IMG/VR virus record: IMGVR_UViG_3300024308_000016
Coordinates: 1 to 64,000 of that record
Strand: one strand, 5' to 3'
Length of the DNA: 64,000 nt
A model generated the notes under the pieces. It saw only the letters and a list, made by a program, of their open reading frames with translations, made no database searches and was not told where the DNA came from. Made by a program: the position numbers and the translations under genes. This document shows, one piece after another, positions 39,601 through 48,669 of this stretch. Numbering within the stretch: the stretch's first letter is position 1; each line of letters opens with the position of its first letter.

Positions 39601-40076
39601 TTTAATTGTCAGGGAAACCCTTAGAGCCTCCGATTGGAAGATTGGGCAATCTGCAGCGAAGCCTCCCAATAGGGAGGAACGTTCAACGATCATCGAAAGG
39701 GTAGGGCGTACAGCCTGAGTAACCGAGTAGAGTAGAACCCGCTAGCCATTAAGGCGGGAAGAAACGGAGAGCTCCCAGAAATGGGAGAAGAAATGATCTC
39801 AGCCGGTGTGAAAGCATCGGACGCTCTGTACGGTGTACAGGGTCCCCTGGGTGGTGCCAGGGTAAAGACGCCCGAGTGCGGCGTGTACAATGCAAACTGG
39901 ACGCACTCAACTTGATGTTGGCGCCTGATGCCAAGATGGCCCGGTTCTGGGAAGTCTTTGCACCGGACTACAACATCTTCTTGATGGAAAACCCGATGGA
40001 GGCATCGGGCAACCTTGCGCTGACCAAACCCGTGGTGATGAGCGGGGGTGAATGGTTGGCTGACGAGGACGACTGA
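36617..40076 (+). CDS. Non-virion RNA polymerase beta'-like subunit (phiKZ gp55-like), spliced from four exons: 36617-37741 (or 37744), 39136-39243, 39568-39579, 39900-40076
   Basis: TTG start after gaaagga; Zn finger CGCG...CPVC; KPGHARRHVYGSR...SARGVI; joined exons read LLHRN|PTLMQGSMQ...VVAPNA|DFDG|DALN, the beta' NRxPTL and NADFDGD motifs. Confidence 0.9.
37742..39135 (+). mobile_element. Group I intron 1 carrying HNH endonuclease (5' splice site after 37741 or 37744)
   Basis: P gaattgcgggaa, Q aatccgcagc, R gttcgacggtca, S aagatatgacct (P7 pairs); terminal G at 39135. Confidence 0.9.
37800..38726 (+). CDS. Intron-encoded HNH homing endonuclease (NUMOD4/I-HmuI-like)
   Basis: AHILVCRAW...VNHKNSIKTDNRAENLEWSTRSQNIAH; C-terminal NUMOD1-like segments (IFRSIKNFA, CSSIEHASLETGI); gaggaag RBS. 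Confidence 0.92.
   Translation: MPIPAFTKEYKHLGKIYRAVPGYRRLIVSEDGEFYRLGEDGNPAKRCPQFKMHNTRTERRSDTTYYWTVREIADNGGVKTTGAHILVCRAWNGMPPDDGIKYDVNHKNSIKTDNRAENLEWSTRSQNIAHCFDSGENCAAVRIIQRNIETGEEKIFRSIKNFAETMGLFRVNVRSFIAAHSKEPHNGFIYSIEEPRNFRIKPVRYQTKEVAYFDYTSRKLTICSSIEHASLETGIKSATIKHACNRFANDGVAEPTRQFFFQFFKPGMEWPEFTAEELEKFEKRFLNFSRAASGPRKHSSESFPSTEM
39244..39567 (+). mobile_element. Group I intron 2 (no ORF; 3' end uncertain by a few nt)
   Basis: GCU|AAAUUGGC P1 with U-G pair; P gaattgctggaa, Q aaccagcagc, R gttcaacgacta, S aagatatagtct. Confidence 0.9.
39580..39899 (+). mobile_element. Group I intron 3 (no ORF)
   Basis: P1 GAUGGU|CGAUG-GCCAUC with U-G at the splice site; Q aatctgcagc, R gttcaacgatca, S aagaaatgatct; terminal G 39899 precedes GAC GCA CTC. 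Confidence 0.9.
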
Positions 40077-40086
40077 CAGTGATCTC

Positions 40087-40132
40087 TATCTCCCGGCTCC
40101 CATCTAGGGAGGCCGGGAGATAGGGTCTGTTT
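40087..40132 (+). terminator. Terminator after RNAP gene
   Basis: ctatctcccggc ... gccgggagatag inverted repeat. Confidence 0.7.
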
Positions 40133-40155
40133 CTATATGAAAGGAACTAGGAGTT

Positions 40156-40353
40156 ATGGAGATACTGCAAACTGAAGCCACTGTACACATTACGGAGCCG
40201 GCTGTGATGATGACGTCTATAGCGATCACAGATCCGCAGCTGCTCAAGGTGGTAGGCGGTCCTTATGCGAGTCCTATGGGGTTTGAGCGCTTTGAAGCTT
40301 ACCAAGAGCACATGAAGCAGCCCGCTCGCTGGTACGACCGCCACCGCCGCTAG
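40156..40353 (+). CDS. Small hypothetical protein
   Basis: aggag RBS. Confidence 0.6.
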   Translation: MEILQTEATVHITEPAVMMTSIAITDPQLLKVVGGPYASPMGFERFEAYQEHMKQPARWYDRHRR

Positions 40354-40363
40354 GAGCTCGCAG

Positions 40364-40702
40364 ATGAAACTATCGGAGCGCTTAGAGGTGCTTGATATAA
40401 ACACCAAGCTCAACCAACTGAGGATGAGTATCGCGCTGTGCTACAACCACATGTCCCGGGAACTGGGGATACTGCTGGGCGACATACCTGAGGATATCCG
40501 GAAGGTACAAAAGCAAGCGGCAGCGATGGTCGATCAGATCTTTACCTCCGAAGCACTCACCCACAACAAGGTGGTCTATCCGGATGTCGAGATCGAGGAC
40601 ATGCGGGCTACGCTGGTAGTAGCCAGGCATGCGCACGATTATGGCCAGCAGTTGTGCAAGAAGGCGGAAGCTATGGCCCGTGCACTGAGGAATGGGTCAT
40701 GA
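40364..40702 (+). CDS. Small helical protein (MKLSER start)
   Basis: Shares N-terminus with next gene. Confidence 0.7.
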   Translation: MKLSERLEVLDINTKLNQLRMSIALCYNHMSRELGILLGDIPEDIRKVQKQAAAMVDQIFTSEALTHNKVVYPDVEIEDMRATLVVARHAHDYGQQLCKKAEAMARALRNGS

Positions 40703-41043
40703 AACTATCTGAGCGGGGCCAGGTGATCGAGCTCTATCGCGAGGTGACTGACATGCAGCGCGAGCTGACGAAGGTCACGCAGCAGGTCAACATCCTGTAT
40801 GCTCGGACGGACATGGTGTATCGCACCACGGAGATGACTCAACTGTTCTCCATCGTGGACCGCGCGCTCGATACGCTGTGGACGTTTGCTGATGGCCTGT
40901 ACGTCTTTACTGTGGCGGATGTGGAGTTCTCGATGCCCGTGGTCTTTCATAGAGAGGCCCAGTCTGAGGCCATCCAGGGAACCAACGCAGCCAACACGCT
41001 GATCAACCTGCTGCGAAACTGTTTACAAAAGAGGAGCAAATGA
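40699..41043 (+). CDS. Small helical protein (MKLSER start)
   Basis: ATGA coupling; same N-terminus as previous gene. Confidence 0.7.
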   Translation: MKLSERGQVIELYREVTDMQRELTKVTQQVNILYARTDMVYRTTEMTQLFSIVDRALDTLWTFADGLYVFTVADVEFSMPVVFHREAQSEAIQGTNAANTLINLLRNCLQKRSK

Positions 41044-41324
41044 GAAGACACGACTACAAGGCGGCGCTCTATCGCCCCACCAAGATGCCCAGGGGCTGCA
41101 AGCTCGCGTTTGTGGGCTACGAGGAGGAGGGTAAGTGGAAGGCTTTGACGCTGGCCAGCGCTTTGATGAGCCAGGCTGTCGAAGAAGACGAGGCCCAGGA
41201 CTGGGAACTGCGTTTCATGAACGAAGACGACCGTGCGTTCGAGGAAGTGGTGGGCGCTGGCCTGCTGGACTGCTGGGTGATCGTGCGTACTGAACCCGAC
41301 TTGGCGCAGCTCGATTGTGGCTAG
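41040..41324 (+). CDS. Hypothetical protein
   Basis: gaggag RBS, ATGA overlap. Confidence 0.65.
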   Translation: MRRHDYKAALYRPTKMPRGCKLAFVGYEEEGKWKALTLASALMSQAVEEDEAQDWELRFMNEDDRAFEEVVGAGLLDCWVIVRTEPDLAQLDCG

Positions 41325-41706
41325 CGCATCCGACTACCCGCCATGCAGGCCAGGGCTTAAACGCTACCGCATCCGCTTTTACAGCGGCAACTACGAGGAC
41401 GAGGGTTGCTCTCGTCCCAGCTTCCCGGTATGGATCAGCTCTCAGCGAGATCGCCGTGATCCGGACCTGGAGTATGGCGTTGAGGGCTGGGATGCCGTCA
41501 GGTCCCTGCAAACCACTGACGATGAAGATCTGTGGGACTGGGTCCAAGAAGCGTATGCCCGTGACGACTGCTGCTTTGTGGGCTTCATCGACGCACACAG
41601 CTATCAGTCAGCCTTGGTTCGGATAGGCACGCACTTTCCGGACTACTACGACTTGGAGATCGAACAAGTGGCCTACGACTGGCTGCCTGGATCTCGTTTC
41701 CCTTAA
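41317..41706 (+). CDS. Hypothetical protein
   Basis: Operonic ORF. Confidence 0.6.
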   Translation: MASASDYPPCRPGLKRYRIRFYSGNYEDEGCSRPSFPVWISSQRDRRDPDLEYGVEGWDAVRSLQTTDDEDLWDWVQEAYARDDCCFVGFIDAHSYQSALVRIGTHFPDYYDLEIEQVAYDWLPGSRFP

Positions 41707-41723
41707 ATCTGAAAGCAATTATC

Positions 41724-42161
41724 ATGTCTCTGTATATCCGTGGTGTTTTGGTCGATCAACACAATGGCTTCGACGAGGTCAAACATGTGGCGGAGTTCCA
41801 CGATGGCGCGCCTGACAGCGTAGGCTTCATGTCGGTGTTGTTCGGTGCCAAAAAGCGTACAGCTCCCCCGTACCTGGCTCAGACCCCGCATACGCTGCCG
41901 ATGTCAGCCATTACTCGTTTCTATGACGGGGAGTGGAACTTCGGCTTTTGCCGCTACTCCATCACCCGCGAAGAGCTCAAGAAGCTCACGCCTGAGCTGG
42001 TGATCGAAGACCGCAGGCCACATGGCCACGGCAGCCCGCTGCCTGAGGGTGAGCCCGGTGTGATGACCACCGCTGGCGAGTACCTTCATGAGGACTCATT
42101 TGCGTTCGTCAAGCGCCTGCTCAATGAAGACGGCAATATCTTCCACTTTTTCATTGGGTAA
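41724..42161 (+). CDS. Hypothetical protein
   Basis: gaaag RBS. Confidence 0.7.
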   Translation: MSLYIRGVLVDQHNGFDEVKHVAEFHDGAPDSVGFMSVLFGAKKRTAPPYLAQTPHTLPMSAITRFYDGEWNFGFCRYSITREELKKLTPELVIEDRRPHGHGSPLPEGEPGVMTTAGEYLHEDSFAFVKRLLNEDGNIFHFFIG

Positions 42162-42164
42162 CCC

Positions 42165-42476
42165 ATGACTGACACTGAATTCACTACCATCACCGGTCTG
42201 CGCCAGACCATCGTGCGCTTGAGCCGAGAGATCGACCAGGCACTGCAGGCAGCTCCCACCACGACGGATCCAACCGTACGCCTGAACATAACCGTGATCG
42301 ACGCCATGAGAAGGTGCGGAATCGGTCTGGCTAACCTCACTGGAAAGCTCCTGAGCGACCGACTGGCGTCTCCTGATGGCAGCTACTCCTGCACCATCGA
42401 CAAACTCAAGAAAGCCATCGAAGAGATGGAATACACCAAACAAAAAGCGCTTGACCTGAAGGAATCCCCACCATGA
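42165..42476 (+). CDS. Small helical protein
   Basis: Operonic ORF. Confidence 0.65.
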   Translation: MTDTEFTTITGLRQTIVRLSREIDQALQAAPTTTDPTVRLNITVIDAMRRCGIGLANLTGKLLSDRLASPDGSYSCTIDKLKKAIEEMEYTKQKALDLKESPP

Positions 42477-42937
42477 ACTACTGCTCTGTCGTACAAGACA
42501 TCTTCTTTCCCGCCTACCTGGCTGTGGAAAAGCTCATCGACCACCGCCCCACTGTGACGATGGGCGCAGCGGTCTTGCTGCTGGCCAACCAGCGCTTTAC
42601 CGCTGATCACGATCTGGACTTGATCGTGCCAGCGAACTGTGGGCTGTTTGACGGCATCGAGCCGACAACATCGCCATGCGGCACCTACTACGGCTACAAG
42701 CGCATCATGGACATCCATGGTGTGAAGGTCGAGGTACTGGCGGACTTCTGGGTCACCACTCCCGGAAACCCACGTATCCAGCTGGTGGAAAAGCAAGCCA
42801 GCTTGCTGGTACGTGATGTGCGTGGCACCAAGTACGTGCCCATCACTTCCAGCTCCACACTGCGCGGCTTTTACCGTGCGATGAACCGGCCCAAGGACCA
42901 ACCGAAGATCCAACTCCTGGAGGAAGCTCTGTCATGA
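42473..42937 (+). CDS. Nucleotidyltransferase-fold protein
   Basis: MGAAVLLL...DHDLDLIV (G..DxD), KVEVL, C-terminal RPKD. Confidence 0.65.
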   Translation: MNYCSVVQDIFFPAYLAVEKLIDHRPTVTMGAAVLLLANQRFTADHDLDLIVPANCGLFDGIEPTTSPCGTYYGYKRIMDIHGVKVEVLADFWVTTPGNPRIQLVEKQASLLVRDVRGTKYVPITSSSTLRGFYRAMNRPKDQPKIQLLEEALS

Positions 42938-43527
42938 AGCCCACCAATCCCAAGATCGCCCAATACCTGGACCCGAAGAACACCGCCAAGATCACCGAAG
43001 ACCTTCGGGTCACTCTTGTCGACTCGGCTGTTCGGGAGGGTAAGCTGCTCGGTATCCCTGAAAAGGTGGTCACCGACCTGACTGAAGAACTAGCCATCGG
43101 AGCTATCGGCACTGCGGTGCCTGGGACCGAGAAGAAGCGTGATGTCATCATCCAGCAGATGCCGGACGGGCGTGTACGTGTGGCCGGGATGGCGGAGGAC
43201 ACCCACTCCACGCACACCAAGACCTCGTACGTGGTGCGCAAGTACTCTGCGGGTTACGCCGACAAGTCCATCACGTATGGCGACCACCGCTCCTTCGAAG
43301 AAGCATCAGCGATCGCGGCGTGCCTGTCACTGGGCCTGTACGACGATGACACTCGTCCCGAGTTCCTGGTACCTTCCCAGGTGCTCAAGGACAAGGGTGT
43401 GCGCCTGGGTCTCAAGGACGGCGACTACGTCGTCCAGGAGATCGTCTCCATCGTGCGTATCCCGCGGGTGCTCACCAACGATGTCCCAGTCCCCGGCAAT
43501 CCCAACGCCTTCATCCGCCCCTGCTAA
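42934..43527 (+). CDS. Hypothetical protein
   Basis: ATGA overlap; biased codons. Confidence 0.7.
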   Translation: MKPTNPKIAQYLDPKNTAKITEDLRVTLVDSAVREGKLLGIPEKVVTDLTEELAIGAIGTAVPGTEKKRDVIIQQMPDGRVRVAGMAEDTHSTHTKTSYVVRKYSAGYADKSITYGDHRSFEEASAIAACLSLGLYDDDTRPEFLVPSQVLKDKGVRLGLKDGDYVVQEIVSIVRIPRVLTNDVPVPGNPNAFIRPC

Positions 43528-43556
43528 AGGCACCTCTCTCTAAATAGAAAGCATCC

Positions 43557-44258
43557 ATGACGACTATTATCGTAAACGAGAACTTCCTGATCGCTGATCA
43601 CCGGGCCACCACTTTGGTCAACCGTTCAGGCGACCACCTGACACTGGACGTGTCCACAGGTGAAAAGCCCACGGAAGTCATCTCGGACACTCGGTTGAAG
43701 ATCGAGATCCCGCCAGTGGGGCGACTGCTGGGCAAGAACGGTGGCTATGTGGAGGCATACGCCTTTACAGGCTCCGCCACTGTGTCCGATACCTTCAAGT
43801 CCATCTACGAGAAAACGATGCCCGAGCCCAGGCTGCTGTATGACGTGATGATGATCTTGTCGCTGGCACAAAACTCCCGCAACTGCTGCATCGTCGCGAT
43901 GATGAGTGATGGCTCCCGGGAACGGATTGAGATCACCGCCACCAAGTACGTCAACCGCTACATCCATGAAGGACCTGGCTGGACAGCCATCGGCTCAGGC
44001 CACTTCGCTGTGGACACCGTGACCAAGAACACGGGTCAGGACTCTGGTCTGACGGGCGGTGACTTGATAGCATTCGCCGCTGCTTGCGACACCTCCACCA
44101 GCCCCTCGTACTCAGTCTACTCCCGGGAGCACAAGGTGCTGTACGCCTGTGTCAACCCCAGCTACGCTGAGCACAAGGAGTCGTATCGCCGCTGCATCCG
44201 GGCAATGTACGAGTTCGACCAGCCGCACTACATCCCGATCCGCAACTGCCTCGCTTAA
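43557..44258 (+). CDS. Ntn-hydrolase, proteasome-beta/HslV-like peptidase
   Basis: N-terminal MTTII...IADHRAT, AIGSG and CDTSTS motifs. Confidence 0.7.
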   Translation: MTTIIVNENFLIADHRATTLVNRSGDHLTLDVSTGEKPTEVISDTRLKIEIPPVGRLLGKNGGYVEAYAFTGSATVSDTFKSIYEKTMPEPRLLYDVMMILSLAQNSRNCCIVAMMSDGSRERIEITATKYVNRYIHEGPGWTAIGSGHFAVDTVTKNTGQDSGLTGGDLIAFAAACDTSTSPSYSVYSREHKVLYACVNPSYAEHKESYRRCIRAMYEFDQPHYIPIRNCLA

Positions 44259-44270
44259 AGGACCACACAC

Positions 44271-44651
44271 ATGACTACACATACTGACAGCCTGCACGAT
44301 AGCCAAGAACACCAGATCATCGTGGCGCTGCACGGCAAGCTGCGCGACTGCCGCAAGACGCTGGAGCACATCAGCGACAACATCCATGGCGTCATCGTGA
44401 TGAAACCTGGTGATAGCTCCCTGTTACTGAGCAGCTTCATCTCGCTTCGCCAGCACTGGGTAGAGATCGACGACTCGCTGCGCAGTCTGGCATTCATGCT
44501 GGGCGCACAAGCCGGTATCGCTATCGCTTCCCGGGCTTCGGGCTTCAATCCCACTACTGACGTTGGCAAGGACATGGTCAAAAGCCTGGACGCAGCGCTG
44601 GACGCCATGAGCGAAGCGCTCAAGACGCTCATCGCTAAGATCAATAGCTGA
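44271..44651 (+). CDS. Small helical protein
   Basis: aagga RBS; terminator follows. Confidence 0.65.
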   Translation: MTTHTDSLHDSQEHQIIVALHGKLRDCRKTLEHISDNIHGVIVMKPGDSSLLLSSFISLRQHWVEIDDSLRSLAFMLGAQAGIAIASRASGFNPTTDVGKDMVKSLDAALDAMSEALKTLIAKINS

Positions 44652-44745
44652 TCGAGCTGAAGACCTCGTCCGCCGCGTCATGCGGCGGATGGGGAAGTCT
44701 TCTTTTTTTGTCCCGATATCCGGAAGATCATCTGGCACAACCGTC

Positions 44746-44783
44746 TTTGTAGAATGATGCGGTCACTTACACCTTACATGAGG
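44746..44783 (+). promoter_or_regulatory. Phage bipartite promoter motif, copy 8
   Basis: tttgta at 44746, cacttacaccttacatgagg at 44764. Confidence 0.8.
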
Positions 44784-44791
44784 ACAAACAG

Positions 44792-45400
44792 ATGAATCTT
44801 CAAAACTTAAACACCCTGATCACGATCATGGAGCGCGCTCGTGGCAAAAACAGCGTCTACATGCCGCTGCACCAAGCCACCAACCACTATCGCCTGATCG
44901 TGCGAGAGGAGATCCCCAAGTCGGAGGCAGAGTTCTATGCCCGCAAGTTCAAGGCTGACTTGCTGGGACATGTGGCCTTGTCTCCAGAATGGGCAGCCGC
45001 TGGCGGTGGTATGGATCTCATGGGCATGCCCGAGATGCCTGGCACTGAAGAGGGTCGGCAAGTCGTCTACCCAGCCGTGCAGGCGATGGAGAACTGGCTC
45101 AAGCTCACCAATCCAACAGTGGCGGCTATCTTCTATGGCTTTGAGATCGACTTTGGCGACGAATGCAAGTGGATCGACAAAAAGACCTACACCTACTCCC
45201 AAAAGGAGTGGAACAAGATCACCGCTGAAGATATCCTGCGGGTCTTGTATGAGTTGAGAGACAACGGAGAGATCGCGTTCTTGGAACGTATCGCTCGGGA
45301 GCTTCCTAACTACCCGACACAACAAAAGACGCTACTCGATGTATGTGTGCGTCGGTTTGTGGCTATGGTGCATGCGCTCAAGCGAATGCCCAACGTCTAA
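44792..45400 (+). CDS. Hypothetical protein, paralog family A
   Basis: ADLLGHVALSPEW ... KEWNKITAEDILRVL; N-terminus resembles gene at 8306. Confidence 0.7.
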   Translation: MNLQNLNTLITIMERARGKNSVYMPLHQATNHYRLIVREEIPKSEAEFYARKFKADLLGHVALSPEWAAAGGGMDLMGMPEMPGTEEGRQVVYPAVQAMENWLKLTNPTVAAIFYGFEIDFGDECKWIDKKTYTYSQKEWNKITAEDILRVLYELRDNGEIAFLERIARELPNYPTQQKTLLDVCVRRFVAMVHALKRMPNV

Positions 45401-45469
45401 TACCTCCCACTCTCCCGGCCCCAGTAGGGGTCGGGAGATATGGCACTATGTTCACCTAAGGAGAAAGCA

Positions 45470-48400
45470 ATGAAACTAGCACAAATGAGTCTCGCCATGC
45501 AAATGCTATCGTCGGAGCACATAGGCTATGACACACTGCGCAACGGTGTGTTGACCCAGCAGCAAAGACAGCCGGATACCCCGGAGGGTCGCCACATACG
45601 CGCCAAAATCCAGGTAATCCTTCCGTTATTCGGGAGTTTGCAGCATGCGATCTGGGAGCTGGAGCAGATGGTCTTTACCCATAGCACTCCCTTCGAAGAG
45701 ATCGAGCGGCATTACAGAGTGATCCGGGAAATCGGCTGTTCCCTGTGGGATCAATTCAAGGCCGCCACGCGCATCGAGCCTAGAAAGCAAAAATGAAACT
45801 CAGTAACCGGATATACCTAACCACTCAAGCCGCCAGGATGGAGACAGCTCTAGAGACTCTGGCAGCTTACCGGATGCATCTATTTGCCGAGATGACCTCA
45901 AAAGGCTCAGATCCCCGAGTTGTCTCGATACTTAGCACCATCCGAAACGTCCGTAACTTCCTGACTGAGACTTGTGCATTAGCGCATATCTCCAGTGTCT
46001 CAGACCTGTACTTCTCATTTGTCTTCGAATGGATCGATGACTTTGATACAGAGCTACTGAGATTTAGGGAGTTAGAGCGTCAGTTTTGGGCCCTTATGAG
46101 AGAGCTAGACAAATGAACCTCAAAAGACACGTCGAGATCAATGGGGCCGTGGCGGCCGGCTACCAGCACGCGGCAAAGATGCACAGGGAGCTGCTGCAAT
46201 ACCGTGACAGCATCGACCTGCACTGGCCAGTGCTCAGGACAGAGCCTGAGCAAGTGCTCAAGCTCTTTCGCCGTGCCTCCGACGATGTCGCGGGAGTGGC
46301 TATAGCTGTCGACTATCTGGACACGGCTAGGATGGAACCAGGTGCGCAGCATGGCAAGATGCAGGATCTGTGGACCGGCATCACGTGCGCCGTCATGGGA
46401 GCCGCGGTCGCGTTGAACACCCTGAAGCGGGAGATTATGCGTACGGGAGGCAACCGTGAAGCTCGCTGATCTGTCGTTTGCCGTAGAGCAGTACCAGCTC
46501 CTGACGGACTCGTACTACCGGATCACCGCGATGATGAATACCCCGACAACCCAGGTGGCTTTTGTACTGACCTCCCGTGAAATAGACCAGGTCTCGGAGC
46601 TATACCACGATATCCATGGCAGAAAAGAAAAGATGTACCGGCACTTGGGGTTCTTGGAGACATCGATCTTGAGGTCCAATCAAGAGCTGGTCACTTCTAA
46701 CACTTCGGTGATCGTCGCCCTGAATGCCGTGCTATTGGCTTCGATCGATCGGCTCACAGCCAAGATCGCGCAGCTACTCCTTAATAGAAAGTCTTCCCAA
46801 TGAAATACCAACCACTGGTCCAGACCGCCGTCCCGGCCTGCGAGTACATAAAGCAAGTCGAAGTGCTGGCCCACTTCCTCGATGATGTCGGACGTCAGAT
46901 AGAAAACCAACCACTTGTCGAGGGCGCCACTATGCAGATGCACAACTCAGCAGTCGCGCATATCAATAAAGTCATGAAAGATGCCAGCGGCTTCACCCTG
47001 GGGTTGGTGATCGACATCTTCATAGGAAGCACTGGTGAAGAAGATGCCGTGCAGCATTGCAAGACAGCTCCTCTTCTTATTACAGCCTTGGAAGATGCCC
47101 TCAGAAGCTGGTTGCAACTGTACGGTGTCTCCGTTTCCTTCCACTACAAATGAAGAAGGACACACTTCTGCAGCTGATCGAAGGCATGTACCAGATTCGT
47201 CTGGAGTACGACCGCCTGATCGATCACTGGGCAGACTATCGACAGCGCCTACTCACCAAGTTCAATAACTCAGGCGGGCAGCCCGCGTCCCAAGAGCTCA
47301 GGGACATGACCGAGCGACTGTACTATGCTGATGACGATTACTGCGAAGAGGAGGAGGCTCTTCTGCTGTATATCTGGGGCTCCAAAGACGACATAGATGC
47401 ATTAGAATCAATTAAGTCTGGATTATCTGCAGCTCTTTCTAATATAGCGGATGCACTATCTGCTATTCGCGCTTATTTGAAAAGATATAATCTATGAAAC
47501 TCAACCTGATAATAAGGGCAGCTAATTGGCTGCATATAAAGAGTTACAGAGTTGAATATCTGCACTCTATTTATGTCGATATAAACGAGCGGATCAATGC
47601 GATATTCGAGGCTGCTGATTTCAATGACTTTGTCATGGATCCGATCACAATCGAGCAGCTCAAACAGCTGCATCAATCTGTGCACATGACCGCCCGCATC
47701 CAGCATGGTGTGACGGCGCATCTGATGGCGTCGGATCTGACACCGGACGCTTTCAAGCGATACAATCTGGATTTCTGGCAAGCCGACGCTGCCGCCCTCT
47801 GTGCCTTCCAGGCGTTGGAGCTACGAATCAAACAAGGAACTGTCATGAAAGGAAGAACATGATCAAGACCACCCTACCAGTTCGCATGGAGGGTTATCAC
47901 CACTACGACACGTCCATCCGGCTGTCGGCAGTCATTGACTCATTCATCGAGTCGGTGGAGTCCTTCATCAACGGCCTGCGCACACTGATGGCCGACAGCA
48001 CTGATGAAGAGCTCATCAAACACCACAACCGCCTGCAGGAGCTGCGCCTGGACGCATGTGTGGACTCCGCCGATGCGGAAGAAGGCATGAACGAAGGCGC
48101 CACCTACATGCTGGCTCTGGGACCTCACCAGCGCTACTTCGAAATATCCAAAGGAATCATCGACAAGCTGCTGACCAAGTATGGTCAGCTGACCGAGGAA
48201 GTGTACGCGATTTCCATCTTCATCAACGGGAGGTTCGATGCGCTTGACTGAATGGAAGCAAGCGGCCAGCGACTTGTCGCTGCTGGAGTCGATCGATGGC
48301 CAGATCCGCGAGTGCATGGGTAGGAACTCCGTCAAGAGTTTCTCCACCAAGATCGCTCCCGAGAAAGCCATGCAGGACATGCAGTTGTGCCTGGAGCTCT

Positions 48401-48567
48401 CGGATACGTACTTCAAGTGGCTGGCGGCTTACCAGGAACACTATGTCAACGCATTCTCCAACAGCATCAAGTTCGATGCATTGGTGGCGTTGTTCTTCGA
48501 GGCATTTAGGCTCAGTCAGACGTTCTTCAAGCTCAGCAACGCTCGTGTGGCGCTGAGGCTGGGATAA
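45470..48567 (+). other. Array of nine translationally coupled small helical CDSs (45470-45796, 45793-46116, 46113-46469, 46456-46803, 46800-47153, 47150-47497, 47494-47862, 47859-48251, 48238-48567)
   Basis: All 107-130 aa with overlapping stop/start codons; bounded by hairpins at about 45405-45440 and 48578-48628. Confidence 0.8.
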
Positions 48568-48669
48568 AGCGTCCTCTATCCACCAGCCCCCGATGGGCTG
48601 GTGGATGAGTGCTCTTTTCTTTTTTGTCTGCGATGTTCGGATCATCATCTGGTAAAACACGGAGGATCT

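Noticed and set aside
38703-39934. Minus-strand and short ORFs called over the intron cores
   Set aside because: They overlap structured ribozyme sequence and lack protein-like features
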